DNA from: Saprolegnia diclina VS20
Lineage: Eukaryota
Assembly (NCBI RefSeq): GCF_000281045.1
Contig: NW_008246120.1
Span: 1 to 60,359, forward strand
Length of the DNA: 60,359 nt
Reading direction: 5' to 3'
The position numbers and the translations under genes were made by a program. Numbering within the stretch: the stretch's first letter is position 1; each line of letters starts with the position of its first letter. The notes under the pieces are model-generated. The model saw only the letters and a program-made list of their open reading frames with translations. It was not told the DNA's origin and ran no database searches. This document shows, in pieces, positions 1-10,667 of this stretch.

Positions 1-359
1 TTTTTTATTTGGGTCTTTGCGTCGATTTCGCTCAGTGCCTTCAATCGCACCTTGGAGCCCATTTCCGACCACTTTATTGCTCAATTCTTCATTCAGAGGC
101 CTCATCTTCTTCGTTGAATGTGATGCGATGGTAGGTCAGGGCAGAAGTCGCAATGGCTATACACGCTCGACGTTGATCCTGGCCTAGGTACTTGCGCGGA
201 GCATGCCTTCATGTGTATCCAAGAACTAGCTTGAGAGCATTGTTGGCAAGGTCTGTGCCCTTGATCTTGTTCTGTGGTGAGACTGGTCAGTAGTTTTGGT
301 GGCTAGCCATCATACACTTCGTTGGAAACTAGTAGCAAGGGCCGTTTCAATAAATTGTT

Positions 360-722
360 TATTGACCCTTGCTGCCGATCGTCCTGCACCGCGACCTCCA
401 GTCGCTGACGCCGCCTCAGTCGCTGACGCCGCCTCAGTCGCTGGCGTCTTCCGAGGACCTTGACACACTGCGTAGCTTTGCCGCCGACCGCGACGCCTGG
501 AAAGATTTGAGTGACCGTGTCGTCACGGGCCTCACCCGCGGCCACAAGCGTCGTAGGGCGACGACAGAAGAGCCAGACGAGCCCCCGCGCCGCCGCCTGC
601 GCAGCCACGGACCGGCGAGCGAATGAAGAAGAAGGAGATTGCTAGTCTCTACGTATGCGAAGTCTTTGTGTAATTATAAAGATAACGCGAAACATGTTCA
701 TATATATATATTGACCCTTGCT
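360..722. other. Insert with a GC-rich coding-like part, flanked by 14-bp direct repeats TATTGACCCTTGCT (360-373, 709-722)
   Basis: The exact 14-mer occurs at both ends. The interior holds a GC-rich ORF fragment ending ...KRRRATTEEPDEPPRRRLRSHGPASE* followed by an AT/TA-rich tail. Confidence 0.55.
399..443. repeat. 18-bp tandem repeat (CAGTCGCTGACGCCGCCT) x2.5
   Basis: Units at 399-416, 417-434 and a partial unit at 435-443; encodes QSLTPP repeats in the + frame. Confidence 0.9.
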
Positions 723-2188
723 AGTAGTTTAATATATCGCTAGAGATATCGAACGACTTTATGAAGCAGTGACAAAGGAATGCGAGTCTTGGATACAGTA
801 TAGCGCGGACTGATGGTGCGGCCTCTCGCGTCTCGGACTACATGACGAGAGTTTGAATATAAACTGGAGTAGATTCTTGCATCTATTTGAGGCAACTTTA
901 TGTACCTCGGCGACACAAGGTGAGCGATCCGTGACCGCCGTGTTACGCGGAAGGACATGGGGACGAACCGGGACGAACTCACTGCGACAGACTTTACATC
1001 TTCAGTATTCGACGGCGGCTGGCGTAGTGTAGTGAGCTTAGGAGACGTATTCAGCGCGCGAGATGAAGGTGTGAGGCAGTTACTAGGCCGATACCAGCGC
1101 GGTTTGTTGCGAAAAGACACAAGTATCACGCGGTCAACATCTTCGGCGTCTCGAGCAATAATAGGAAGGTCAATTCAAAGGTTTCTTACATGCCTTTTGA
1201 TTTATGCTTTTATGCTAAATCTTCAGTTTTACGCTACTAAACTAACGCCGTTGAAATCAAATCAGCAAAACGAACACGGAGACTGTACACCCTGAATGCG
1301 GCGTCGTTGCCTCGGACAGATTTGTTTGTGAGGCACCCGACGGTTCTAACGGGTGGTTCTATTTTGCTTGTAACGTACAGGATCCTGCGTTTGACTGCGT
1401 GTGAGCTTTATTCACTCGGCAAGTGGGTCCACCACTGGGTCCACCACGGGATCTCAACGCACGCAGCCCCATTCCAACGAATTAGGTTGATGTAAACTAG
1501 TACGTGTAGTATCATAGTCCGCCATTATACTGCCCTCTCACACTCCAGTTCTAGAACAGTGTACAGTGTAATACATGCCCCGCACGACGACGAACGACTG
1601 CCGTGTGCATGCAGTCTGGTCGTGGTTGTGCACCGGGGCACACCGAGTAATGGGACAAAACCAGGGACAAAAATACTCATTGAGTGATATCGTCGACTGT
1701 TCGCGGAGCCTTCCGCGGATCTTCTGCGAAAGACACGACGTGAGCGAGCAACTCTACGTACCACGTGCAATGCTGGCGTCTCTGTATCGGGCAAGCGAGC
1801 GACGGCGAAGGGACAGACTCTCCCACTCCAGATTCAACAGCGTGCAGCCGTTTCAGCTCGTTTCGCAGTCCACCAAGCACGCACTGTACACGGATGCTTC
1901 AATAGGTCTCGTGGGTCGAATACGCTACGTCGTCGTGACATCAGCGCGACCTACGTCTGACGGCGCCTCGAGGCGAGAAAGGCCGAGGACAAGTGCCCCG
2001 TGTCATCTAGACAACTCGGGTAAAGATGCAGCAGTTGGAAGCCAAAACGTATTGGCGCCAAAGCACTGATGCGCAGCGTCTCGAAAACAGGTGGGTGCGA
2101 CTGGGTGGCACTCGTGCCATCTGGAGGGCTGATTCGAGCTGCCTTCAAGAAGGCACTTTCTATGTGAATATACAAACGCTTCCGAGCG

Positions 2189-2204
2189 TCACTTTGCAAT
2201 TTGC
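2189..2204 (+). promoter_or_regulatory. Oomycete INR+FPR core promoter of Spinster copy 1
   Basis: TCACTTT-GC-AATTTGC matches YCAYTYY-NN-MWTTTNC exactly and starts 43 nt upstream of the ATG at 2232. Confidence 0.85.
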
Positions 2205-2231
2205 GGCGTCGCACACCAACCACCAACTGCG

Positions 2232-3704
2232 ATGGGGTTCCAGCTCACCAAGGTCGTCCATGTCTTCGCGCTCCTCTGCGTCATCAACCTCCTCAACTAC
2301 CTCGACCGCGGTATCATCCCCGGTGCGCCGATCGAGTTCCAAGGCTTCATCCAGCGCACGCACAATGTCTCGTCCGACAGTGTCAGCGTCTACATTGGCC
2401 TCCTCCAGTCGTCCTTCATTGCGTCGTACTCGATCTTCATCTGCATCTTTGGCTACCTCTCGATGACGCGCAAGCCGTTCACGCTCTCGGCCATCGGTCT
2501 CTTCATCTGGGTGCTCTCGATCGTGCTCTGCGGTCTCGCCAAGCCGCTCGCGTCGTTCTGGGTCCTCCTCGTCGGTCGCCTCATTTCCGGCATTGGCGAG
2601 TCGTCGTTCCAGGCGACGACGCCGCCGTTCATCGATGAGTTTGCGCCCAAGGAAAAGCGCACGCTTTGGCTCGGCATCTTTTACGCCGCCGTCTCGGTCG
2701 GCCAAGCGCTTGGCTTCTCGTACGGTTCGGTCATGGCCTCGACCGCGGGCTGGGACATTGGCTACTACATCACGGCAGCGCTCATGCTGCCGCTCGCGTA
2801 CGCATGCTACAAGTTCATTCCTGATCACCTCAACATGCCGCTCGCCAACCACGCGCCCAAGGACCTCGACGACGGCTTTGCCGACGCCAACGACGTGCTT
2901 CCGATCGAAGAAACCGAGATGCCCAAGTCGGTCCTCACGGAGACCTGGACGATTCTCAAGTCGCCGCTCTTTCTCACGTCGACGCTCGGCCTCGCCGCGT
3001 ACACGTTTACGCTCGCGGGGATGGTGTCGTTCGCGCCGGCGATCCTTATTGGCTATGGTCTCTTGAGCGAGTCGATCGCGTCGACAGTGTTTGGCGCGCT
3101 CGTCGTGCTCGCGGGTCTCATCGGGTCGCCCTGCGGCGGCTACGCCATCGATCGCCTCTGCCGCTCGAACATGAACGACAAGAACTTCCGCATGCAGCGC
3201 TCGGCCTTGTACATGTTTGTCGTGATGACGATCGGCGTCGCGCTCCTCTTTTGCTCGCTCCTCTTCATGAACTCCAAGATCGTCTTCCTCATCTTCCTCT
3301 TCCTGGGCCTCCTCCTCATCTTCTCGACGCAAACTGCGACAACAATCGTCGTCCTCATGAGCGTCACGCGCTCCCAGCGCGGCTACGCCATGGGCCTCAA
3401 CACGCTCCTTCTCCATCTTTTTGGCGATGTGCCCGCGGCACTTGTGCTCGGTGCGCTCAAGGACAGCTGGGCGCCGCACTGCGGTAGCAGTATCGACGAG
3501 ACGGGCAAGGATGTGCTCGACCCCAACTGCTACATGGACAAGGACGGCCTTCGCAACACGCTTGCGTTTGCGTACGGCTGGCTCGTTTGGGCCGTGCTGC
3601 TCTGGGGTGCGTCCTACTATTTCGCGTGCAAGCGCGTCAAGCAGGCGGGAATCGCAAGCGATCTCGAGCTCCAGAAGACGCCCGTGCACGCCGCGAGCGA
3701 CTAA
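2232..3704 (+). CDS. Spinster-like MFS transporter, copy 1 (intronless)
   Basis: 490 aa with many TM segments; INLLNYLDRG, GRLISGIGESSF, PFIDEFAP and LLHLFGDVP motifs typical of the spinster family. Confidence 0.9.
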   Translation: MGFQLTKVVHVFALLCVINLLNYLDRGIIPGAPIEFQGFIQRTHNVSSDSVSVYIGLLQSSFIASYSIFICIFGYLSMTRKPFTLSAIGLFIWVLSIVLCGLAKPLASFWVLLVGRLISGIGESSFQATTPPFIDEFAPKEKRTLWLGIFYAAVSVGQALGFSYGSVMASTAGWDIGYYITAALMLPLAYACYKFIPDHLNMPLANHAPKDLDDGFADANDVLPIEETEMPKSVLTETWTILKSPLFLTSTLGLAAYTFTLAGMVSFAPAILIGYGLLSESIASTVFGALVVLAGLIGSPCGGYAIDRLCRSNMNDKNFRMQRSALYMFVVMTIGVALLFCSLLFMNSKIVFLIFLFLGLLLIFSTQTATTIVVLMSVTRSQRGYAMGLNTLLLHLFGDVPAALVLGALKDSWAPHCGSSIDETGKDVLDPNCYMDKDGLRNTLAFAYGWLVWAVLLWGASYYFACKRVKQAGIASDLELQKTPVHAASD

Positions 3705-4459
3705 GCCACCCTTCGTAGTCTCTGTAAACGTCCTTCTAATTAGTTTTTTAGTCTTGTTCTTTGTCTCGATGCCGCACCCCAGTCGGAACCATAGTTGTTT
3801 TGTAAGCAGCGTCTGAGCAATAATTGCGATGCTCTAGCGACCAAGTCGGCCAACGTCGGAGGCGCCTGTACGATGCCAACTCTTCGCAATTCGATGGTGC
3901 GCGACGGGCATTGCACTGCTGCGACGGCCTGCCGCGACAAGCGCCAATGTTGGGTACCAAGCCGACCATAATGCCAAGTCGAGCCCCCGTCGTGCTGCTA
4001 CTACTGTTATAAGAACAAAATAACTTGACCACCTCGCGCCGCTCGACCACCAGCGGTTCTACCAACGGTGTACCAGTACGGCGTAGTACGACTCGAGAGC
4101 CAACACGATGCAAGCGCGCAAGATGGAAAGGGGCTGTCGTTGCCAAATGGCGTCCAAGAACGGTCCAAAGATACTTGTGCGTTTTCCGAGAATGGTCCGC
4201 CGCAAAAACCATCAACGATCCGTCCGATACTGCTGCACAGCCCGTAGCATCATAGTAGTGTCGTCTCGACGCCGCGACGCAACGGTTCTTCAATCGCGGC
4301 CACAACGCGAGCTCATATAGGTAGAGGCTATGTCGTGTCCGGCGACCATCCATCGACACTCGGGTGACCACAACAAGTCGTAACACCGCATGCCACCGAC
4401 TATACGACGCATTTCCACCCGCCAAGGTTTACATTTTGAAAGAAAACGAGCCGCGCGCA

Positions 4460-5926
4460 ATGGCCTTTGCGCTCACCAGCGTCAAGCACGTCTTTGCGCT
4501 CCTCTGCGCAATCAACCTCCTCAACTACATTGACCGCGGTATCATCCCCGGCGCGCCGATCCAGTTTCAAGCGTTCGTTCAGACGACGCACCATGTCGAC
4601 TCGAGCAACGTCAGTGTCTACATTGGCCTCCTTCAGTCCATCTTTATCGCATCGTACTCGATCTTCATCTGCGTCTTTGGCTACATGTCGATGACGCGCA
4701 AGCCGTTCCAACTCGCAGCGATCGGTCTCTTTGTCTGGGTGCTCTCGATTGTCCTCTGCGGCCTCGCCAAGCCGCTCGATAGCTTTTACGTGCTGCTATT
4801 TGGCCGGCTCATTTCGGGCATTGGCGAGTCGTCATTCCATGCGACAGCGCCGCCGTTCATTGACGAGTTTGCGCCGCCAGCAAAGCGGACACTCTGGATG
4901 GGCTTCTTCTTTGCCGCCGTCTCGGTCGGCCAAGCACTCGGCTTCTCGTACGGCTCGGTGACCGCGCGCACGATTGGGTGGGACGTCGGCTACTACATCA
5001 CGGCCGCGCTCATGGTGCCGCTCGCGTACGCGTGCTACGCTTGGATCCCGGACCACTGGAACCAACCGCTCGCGGTCGAATCGGCCTCGACGACCCAGTA
5101 CGACGACGACGATGACGACGATGTGGCACACCGCCCCGAGAACACGACGTTTCTGCGCGAAACGTGGATGTTGCTCAAGAGCCCTGTCTTCATGTGCTCA
5201 GCGATGGGTCTCGCTGCGTACAACTTTACGCTCAGCGGCATGGTGTCGTTCGCACCGGCAATCCTCATTGGCTACGGTCTCTTGAGCGAGTCGATCGCAT
5301 CGACGGCGTTTGGCGGTCTCGTCGTCATCGCGGGTTTGATTGGCGCGCCGACCGGCGGCCTCATCCTGGATCGCATGTGCCGCGGCCACGAGCTAGAAAA
5401 AACGTACCGCCTCAAGCAAGCGTCCAAGCTCATGTTTGGCCTGATGACGTCCGGCGTCGTCTTCCTCTTCCTCTCGCTGGCATTCATGGGCTCCAAGATT
5501 CTCTTCTTCGTCTTCCTCTTTGTCGGGCTGCTCCTCGTCTTCTCGACCCAAACCGCGACGACGATTGCGATCCTCATGAGCGTCACGCGCTCCCAGCGCG
5601 GGTACTCGATGGGCCTCAACACGCTCCTTCTGCATCTCTTTGGCGATGTCCCCGCCGCCGTTATCCTCGGCGCACTCAAGGACATGTGGGCGCCGCGCTG
5701 CGGTAGCAAGATTGACGCGAACGGCAAGGACATTCTCGACCCGAATTGTCACTTGGACAAGGACGGTCTGCGCTACACGCTCTCGTTTGCCTACGGCTGG
5801 CTGCTGTGGTGCGTTTTGCTCTGGGGTGCTGCCACGTTTTACGCGTGCAAGCGCCATCGCAACGCCAAGGGCCACTACCGACTGCAGTCGACGCCGATCG
5901 CCGCCGACAAAGACATTGCTGCGTAG
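4460..5926 (+). CDS. Spinster-like MFS transporter, copy 2
   Basis: ATG at 4460 (MAFALTSVKHVF) aligns with copy 1; NYIDRG, GESSF and LHLFGDVP motifs. Confidence 0.9.
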   Translation: MAFALTSVKHVFALLCAINLLNYIDRGIIPGAPIQFQAFVQTTHHVDSSNVSVYIGLLQSIFIASYSIFICVFGYMSMTRKPFQLAAIGLFVWVLSIVLCGLAKPLDSFYVLLFGRLISGIGESSFHATAPPFIDEFAPPAKRTLWMGFFFAAVSVGQALGFSYGSVTARTIGWDVGYYITAALMVPLAYACYAWIPDHWNQPLAVESASTTQYDDDDDDDVAHRPENTTFLRETWMLLKSPVFMCSAMGLAAYNFTLSGMVSFAPAILIGYGLLSESIASTAFGGLVVIAGLIGAPTGGLILDRMCRGHELEKTYRLKQASKLMFGLMTSGVVFLFLSLAFMGSKILFFVFLFVGLLLVFSTQTATTIAILMSVTRSQRGYSMGLNTLLLHLFGDVPAAVILGALKDMWAPRCGSKIDANGKDILDPNCHLDKDGLRYTLSFAYGWLLWCVLLWGAATFYACKRHRNAKGHYRLQSTPIAADKDIAA

Positions 5927-6926
5927 TAGTACTAACTGTACATTACATAAACCTCAAAGCACAAGAAGAGTAACACCATGGCATCGTACTCCTACTACTG
6001 TGCTTTCAACGTGCATTCGTTGATCACGTTTTCGTGTCTACAAGGAGGCGCTAAAAACGAGGCGCATGCAGGCCCAGATGGCACGGGCTTGAGCCGGCGT
6101 TATCACGGTCCGTGCGGCGCTTTGCCTCGTATTTCCTTGCTCGCGGCATTCATCCTTGGTTGTGCTTTTGCGTGGTGTCATCTCCAATACTCCAATGCCG
6201 CGCGCAATTGAAATAAATCGACACGGAAGGCAGCCACGTCAACTTCAAAGATAGGGGCAGTTTCCCAGATCGTTCCGGGCACCAGCTGCTTTGGTGTAAT
6301 GTCTGAATGGTTGAGATATGGATGCCCATCTGAGCAGACACATGGATGGTTCAAGCAGCAGCAGTGAGCCAGCGCACGGTGTGCTGACGCACGGTTTCCG
6401 CCACTTTGGTTTCGTTCATTCTCGTTAGGTGCTGNNNNNNNNNNNNNNNNNNNNNNNNNNNNNNNNNNNNNNNNNNNNNNNNNNNNNNNNNNNNNNNNNN
6501 NNNNNNNNNNNNNNNNNNNNNNNNNNNNNNNNNNNNNNNNNNNNNNNNNNNNNNNNNNNNNNNNNNNNNNNNNNNNNNNNNNNNNNNNNNNNNNNNNNNN
6601 NNNNNNNNNNNNNNNNNNNNNNNNNNNNNNNNNNNNNNNNNNNNNNNNNNNNNNNNNNNNNNNNNNNNNNNNNNNNNNNNNNNNNNNNNNNNNNNNNNNN
6701 NNNNNNNNNNNNNNNNNNNNNNNNNNNNNNNNNNNNNNNNNNNNNNNNNNNNNNNNNNNNNNNNNNNNNNNNNNNNNNNNNNNNNNNNNNNNNNNNNNNN
6801 NNNNNNNNNNNNNNNNNNNNNNNNNNNNNNNNNNNNNNNNNNNNNNNNNNNNNNNNNNNNNNNNNNNNNNNNNNNNNNNNNNNNNNNNNNNNNNNNNNNN
6901 NNNNNNNNNNNNNNNNNNNNNNNNNN

Positions 6927-7907
6927 GGCTCGGTGACGGCGCGCACGGTCGGTTGGGACTATGGTTTCTACCTCACGGCGGTGCTCATGGTGCCGGTGGT
7001 GTACGCATGCTACGCGTGGATTCCAGACCACCTCGATAAGCCGCTCGGTAAGAAGAAGCTCGAAGACGCTGCGAGCAAGTCAGCGGACCTCCAGGAAGAG
7101 TTTGTGCCATCGACGACGCCCGTGCCGCACTCGTTTTGGCGCGAGACGTTTGAAATCGCCAAGAACCCGGCCTTCCTCGCGTCGGCCTTTGGTCTCTCGG
7201 CCTTTACGTTTACGATCCAAGGCATGGTCGCGTTCGCACCGGCGATTCTCATTGGCTATGGACTTTTGAGTGAGTCGATCGCGTCGACGGCGTTTGGCGG
7301 CATCGTCGTCCTCGCGGGCCTCATTGGGTCGCCGCTCAGTGGCTACATTCTCGACAAGGTGGTCCGCGGCCACGAAGGTGACCGCTTCTTCCGCCTCCAC
7401 CGCGCGGCGTTTCAAATGTTCGTCTCGATCGCGACCGGCGTCGCGCTCTTGCTCGTGTCGCTGGGCTTTATGAGCTCCAAGTTTGTCTTCCTCGGCCTCG
7501 TCTTTCTCGGGTTCCTCTTTGTGTTTGCGACCCAAACCGTCACGACGATCGTCATCATGATGAGCGTCTCGGACGCGCAGCGCGGGTACGCCATGGGCCT
7601 CAGCACATTCATCCAGCATCTTTTTGGCGACGTGCCCGCGGCCGTCATCCTCGGTGCGCTCAAGGACATGTGGGCGCCCAACTGCGGCAGCAAGGTAAAC
7701 GCCAGCGGCAAGGATGTGCTCGACCCCAACTGCCACTTGGACAAGGACGGTCTGCGCTACACGCTCGCATTTGCGTACGGCTGGCTCCTTTGGACTGTTC
7801 TTTGCTGGGGCATCACGTACATCATTGGACGTAAGTGGCACATCAAGGCGGATGCGGCCAAGGCGCTCGCTGCGTCGCCCAGCGTCAATGTCGTGGCGCA
7901 AGAGTAG
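6927..7907 (+). CDS. Spinster-like MFS transporter, copy 3 (5' part lies in N gap 6435-6926)
   Basis: Post-gap frame GSVTARTVGWD...QHLFGDVP...AFAYGWLLW is collinear with the paralogs; the 492-N gap is about the length of the missing 5' coding part. Confidence 0.85.
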   Translation, partial: GSVTARTVGWDYGFYLTAVLMVPVVYACYAWIPDHLDKPLGKKKLEDAASKSADLQEEFVPSTTPVPHSFWRETFEIAKNPAFLASAFGLSAFTFTIQGMVAFAPAILIGYGLLSESIASTAFGGIVVLAGLIGSPLSGYILDKVVRGHEGDRFFRLHRAAFQMFVSIATGVALLLVSLGFMSSKFVFLGLVFLGFLFVFATQTVTTIVIMMSVSDAQRGYAMGLSTFIQHLFGDVPAAVILGALKDMWAPNCGSKVNASGKDVLDPNCHLDKDGLRYTLAFAYGWLLWTVLCWGITYIIGRKWHIKADAAKALAASPSVNVVAQE

Positions 7908-8795
7908 ATCCGGCGTTTGGAACGATAATCTCATATTTCCTTCTCAACCTTTTGGGCGTTTCACCAAGAAATGCGCAATGTTGTCGTGTACATGTATAAC
8001 GTACAAACAGAACCTCCATCCGTACCGGTAGTGACCAGCAACAACTTTTCACAGTTTCAGAGCACATGCTCGATGAATTTCACTCTCAATTCACCTCGCT
8101 GTTCAACTGCTTTGCTCCAGTTCAAGTATCAATTCAATAATGACATGTGCAGAATATCATAGGACACAGGTACAATGGTCGTGCTATTTATTCTATGTCG
8201 ATCGCAGCCCCATACCGCGGTACCCGGACCTTCCTTGCCACTAAAGAGGATGAGAGTCAACGTCTATTCGTCGCATGCACAGACCCGCAAAAAGGAGTTC
8301 GTAAAATAGTAGAGTTCGCGAGCGTTGAAATTGTGTCATTGCACCATATTCAACTAGAGTTCCTCAAGGCGACGAGCCTGACCACCATGTTGACAAGGTG
8401 CTTTCGTGGTGATCATGCATTGTAAGCAATTGCCCGAGCCCTGGGTTGACATGGAAAGCTGCTGTTTGAGTGACGCCATCATCACGCCCTATCCAGCAAA
8501 ACCACTGAACCGAGAAACTGAGAAGGTCGCACGTTCGATCGGCGTGGATGCGAGATCACCCAGCGGACCTCAAATCGAAGCTGCACCGGGTCGTCTCCAT
8601 TCATCCTTGCAGCTATAGATCCACTTCGCATGCAGAGGCGAGAGCGCGTCAAAGGCTCGCGAAGCATCCTCGGTCCCGTCTGCGGACAGCGCGATGCTGG
8701 TCATGCAGACCACCATGTGGTCGGGTGCATGCCATCTTGTGTGTGCACCAGATGCGAAAAAGCAAAGTGGCTGCCACTCGTGTTCTTGCATCGCC

Positions 8796-10385
8796 ATGGC
8801 CATCCAGCTTGGCGCGACGGCCATCTTTGGCATGTTCTGCTTCGTCAACCTCCTNNNNNNNNNNNNNNNNNNNNNNNNNNNNNNNNNNNNNNNNNNNNNN
8901 NNNNNNNNNNNNNNNNNNNNNNNNNNNNNNNNNNNNNNNNNNNNNNNNNNNNNNAACTGCATCGATCGCGGTATCATCCCCGGCGCGCCGATCGAGTTCC
9001 AAGGCTTCATCCAGCGCACGCACCACGTCTCGTCCGACAACGTCAGCATCTACATTGGCCTCCTTCAGTCCATCTTTATCGCGTCGTACTCGATCTTCAT
9101 CTGCGTCTTTGGCTACCTCTCGATGACGCGCAAGCCGTTCCAGCTCATGGCCATCTCGCTCTTTGTGTGGATCCTCTCGATCGTCATGTGCGGTCTCGCC
9201 AAGCCGCTCGACAGCTTTTATTTGCTGCTGTCTGGCCGGCTCATTTCGGGCATTGGCGAGGCGTCGTTCCATGCGACGGCGCCGCCGTTCATCGATGAGT
9301 TTGCGCCGCCGGCGAAGCGAACGCTCTGGCTCGCGTGCTACTATGCGACGTTCTCGATTGGGCAGGCACTCGGGTTCTCGTACGGCTCGGTGACGGCGCG
9401 CACGGTCGGTTGGGACTATGGTTTCTACCTCACGGCGGTGCTCATGGTGCCGGTGGTGTACGCATGCTATGCGTGGATCCCTGCTTTCTTTGACAAACCG
9501 CTGGCCCTCTACGCCTCCGACGACAACGACGACAGCTGCAACGTGCAGATCACGACACCGACGAGCCCCGTCCTCTTGGCCGACGTCCAGCCGACGGCCA
9601 AAGCACCGCCAGTTGCGACGTCGTTTCTTCACGAAGCGTGGACCATTGTGCGCAACCCAGTGTTTCTGGGCGCGACGCTCGGCCTCGCAGCGTTTACGTT
9701 CACGATGAACGGCATGATTGCATTCGCCCCCGCCATCCTCATTGGGTACGAGCTCATGGACGCGTCGATCGCGTCGACGGCATTCGGCGGCATCGTCGTG
9801 CTCGCCGGCTTGCTCGGGTCGCCGCTCAGTGGGTACGTGCAAGACCGCCTTTGCGCTGGCCGCGAACACGACCGCTTCTTCCGACTGCAGCGCGCGGCAG
9901 CGCAAATGTCGGCCCTCATCTCGTTCGGCGTCGTGCTTCTCTTCGTGTCGGTGGCGTGCATGCACAGCAAAGTCGGCTTCTTTGTCTTTTTGTTTGGCGG
10001 CTTTCTCTGCGTGTTTGGAACGCAAACCGTCACGACGATCGTGCTGCTCATGAGCGTCGACCACGTGCAGCGCGGGTTTGCCATGGGCCTCAGCACGTTC
10101 CTCCTCCATCTCTTTGGCGACGTGCCCGCGGGTGTCGTGCTGGGTGCGCTCAAAGACACCTGGGCACCGCACTGCGGCAGCAAGATGGACGCGAACGGCA
10201 AGGACGTGCTCGACCCCGAGTGCCATAAGGACAAGGAAGGGCTCCGCTATACACTGGCCTTTGCGTATGGCTGGCTGCTATGGACAGTGCTCTGCTACGT
10301 GTTTGTGTTTGGGATCGCGTGCAAGTGGTATCGCGCAGCAAGAACCAAGGTCGATGCTAGCTTGCACTGCAGCTCCATGGGCTAG
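8796..10385 (+). CDS. Spinster-like MFS transporter, copy 4 (spans a 100-N gap)
   Basis: MAIQLGATAIFGMFCFVNL[gap]NCIDRG; GEASF and LHLFGDVP motifs; collinear with the paralogs. Confidence 0.88.
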   Translation: MAIQLGATAIFGMFCFVNLXXXXXXXXXXXXXXXXXXXXXXXXXXXXXXXXXXNCIDRGIIPGAPIEFQGFIQRTHHVSSDNVSIYIGLLQSIFIASYSIFICVFGYLSMTRKPFQLMAISLFVWILSIVMCGLAKPLDSFYLLLSGRLISGIGEASFHATAPPFIDEFAPPAKRTLWLACYYATFSIGQALGFSYGSVTARTVGWDYGFYLTAVLMVPVVYACYAWIPAFFDKPLALYASDDNDDSCNVQITTPTSPVLLADVQPTAKAPPVATSFLHEAWTIVRNPVFLGATLGLAAFTFTMNGMIAFAPAILIGYELMDASIASTAFGGIVVLAGLLGSPLSGYVQDRLCAGREHDRFFRLQRAAAQMSALISFGVVLLFVSVACMHSKVGFFVFLFGGFLCVFGTQTVTTIVLLMSVDHVQRGFAMGLSTFLLHLFGDVPAGVVLGALKDTWAPHCGSKMDANGKDVLDPECHKDKEGLRYTLAFAYGWLLWTVLCYVFVFGIACKWYRAARTKVDASLHCSSMG

Positions 10386-10398
10386 TCGTGCTCAAGAT

Positions 10399-10454
10399 CG
10401 CCCCAGTACTATAAGAACGCCCTAGTACTATAAGAACGCCCTAGTACTATAAGA
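10399..10454. repeat. 19-bp tandem repeat (CGCCCTAGTACTATAAGAA) x3
   Basis: Units at 10399, 10418 and 10437 (one mismatch in the first, last unit 1 nt short); units 2-3 contain the palindrome TAGTACTA. Confidence 0.9.
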
Positions 10455-10667
10455 CGACTTGAATTGTATTGCAATTGCACCAAAAGAACGTTATTGGAAA
10501 GACGCGACTAGGGCTGGACTAGGGGATTCAATCTATCCTCTCGGAATCTCAAAATCCACCAAAAAGAAAATGAAAAGATACCCAATCAGACGCCACATGA
10601 TGGATCTTCGAACTTCGTTTGGGAAGCTTGGCGATCGTCATTTTTGAACAGTGCGCGTCAAGAGACG

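Noticed and set aside
740..2069. ORFs of 112-164 aa upstream of the transporter array
   Set aside because: They lack the strong codon bias of real genes here and show no recognisable motifs
6351..7031. ORFs spanning N gaps (also 57608-58466)
   Set aside because: Their length comes from Ns translated as X
2160..10226. Long antisense ORFs over the Spinster genes (e.g. 2160-3689, 8649-10226) and similar ones elsewhere
   Set aside because: They mirror GC3-rich hydrophobic coding strands, have no recognisable motifs and are expected shadow ORFs
10399..10454. Possible CRISPR-like repeat
   Set aside because: Contiguous units with no spacers, eukaryotic context and no cas genes
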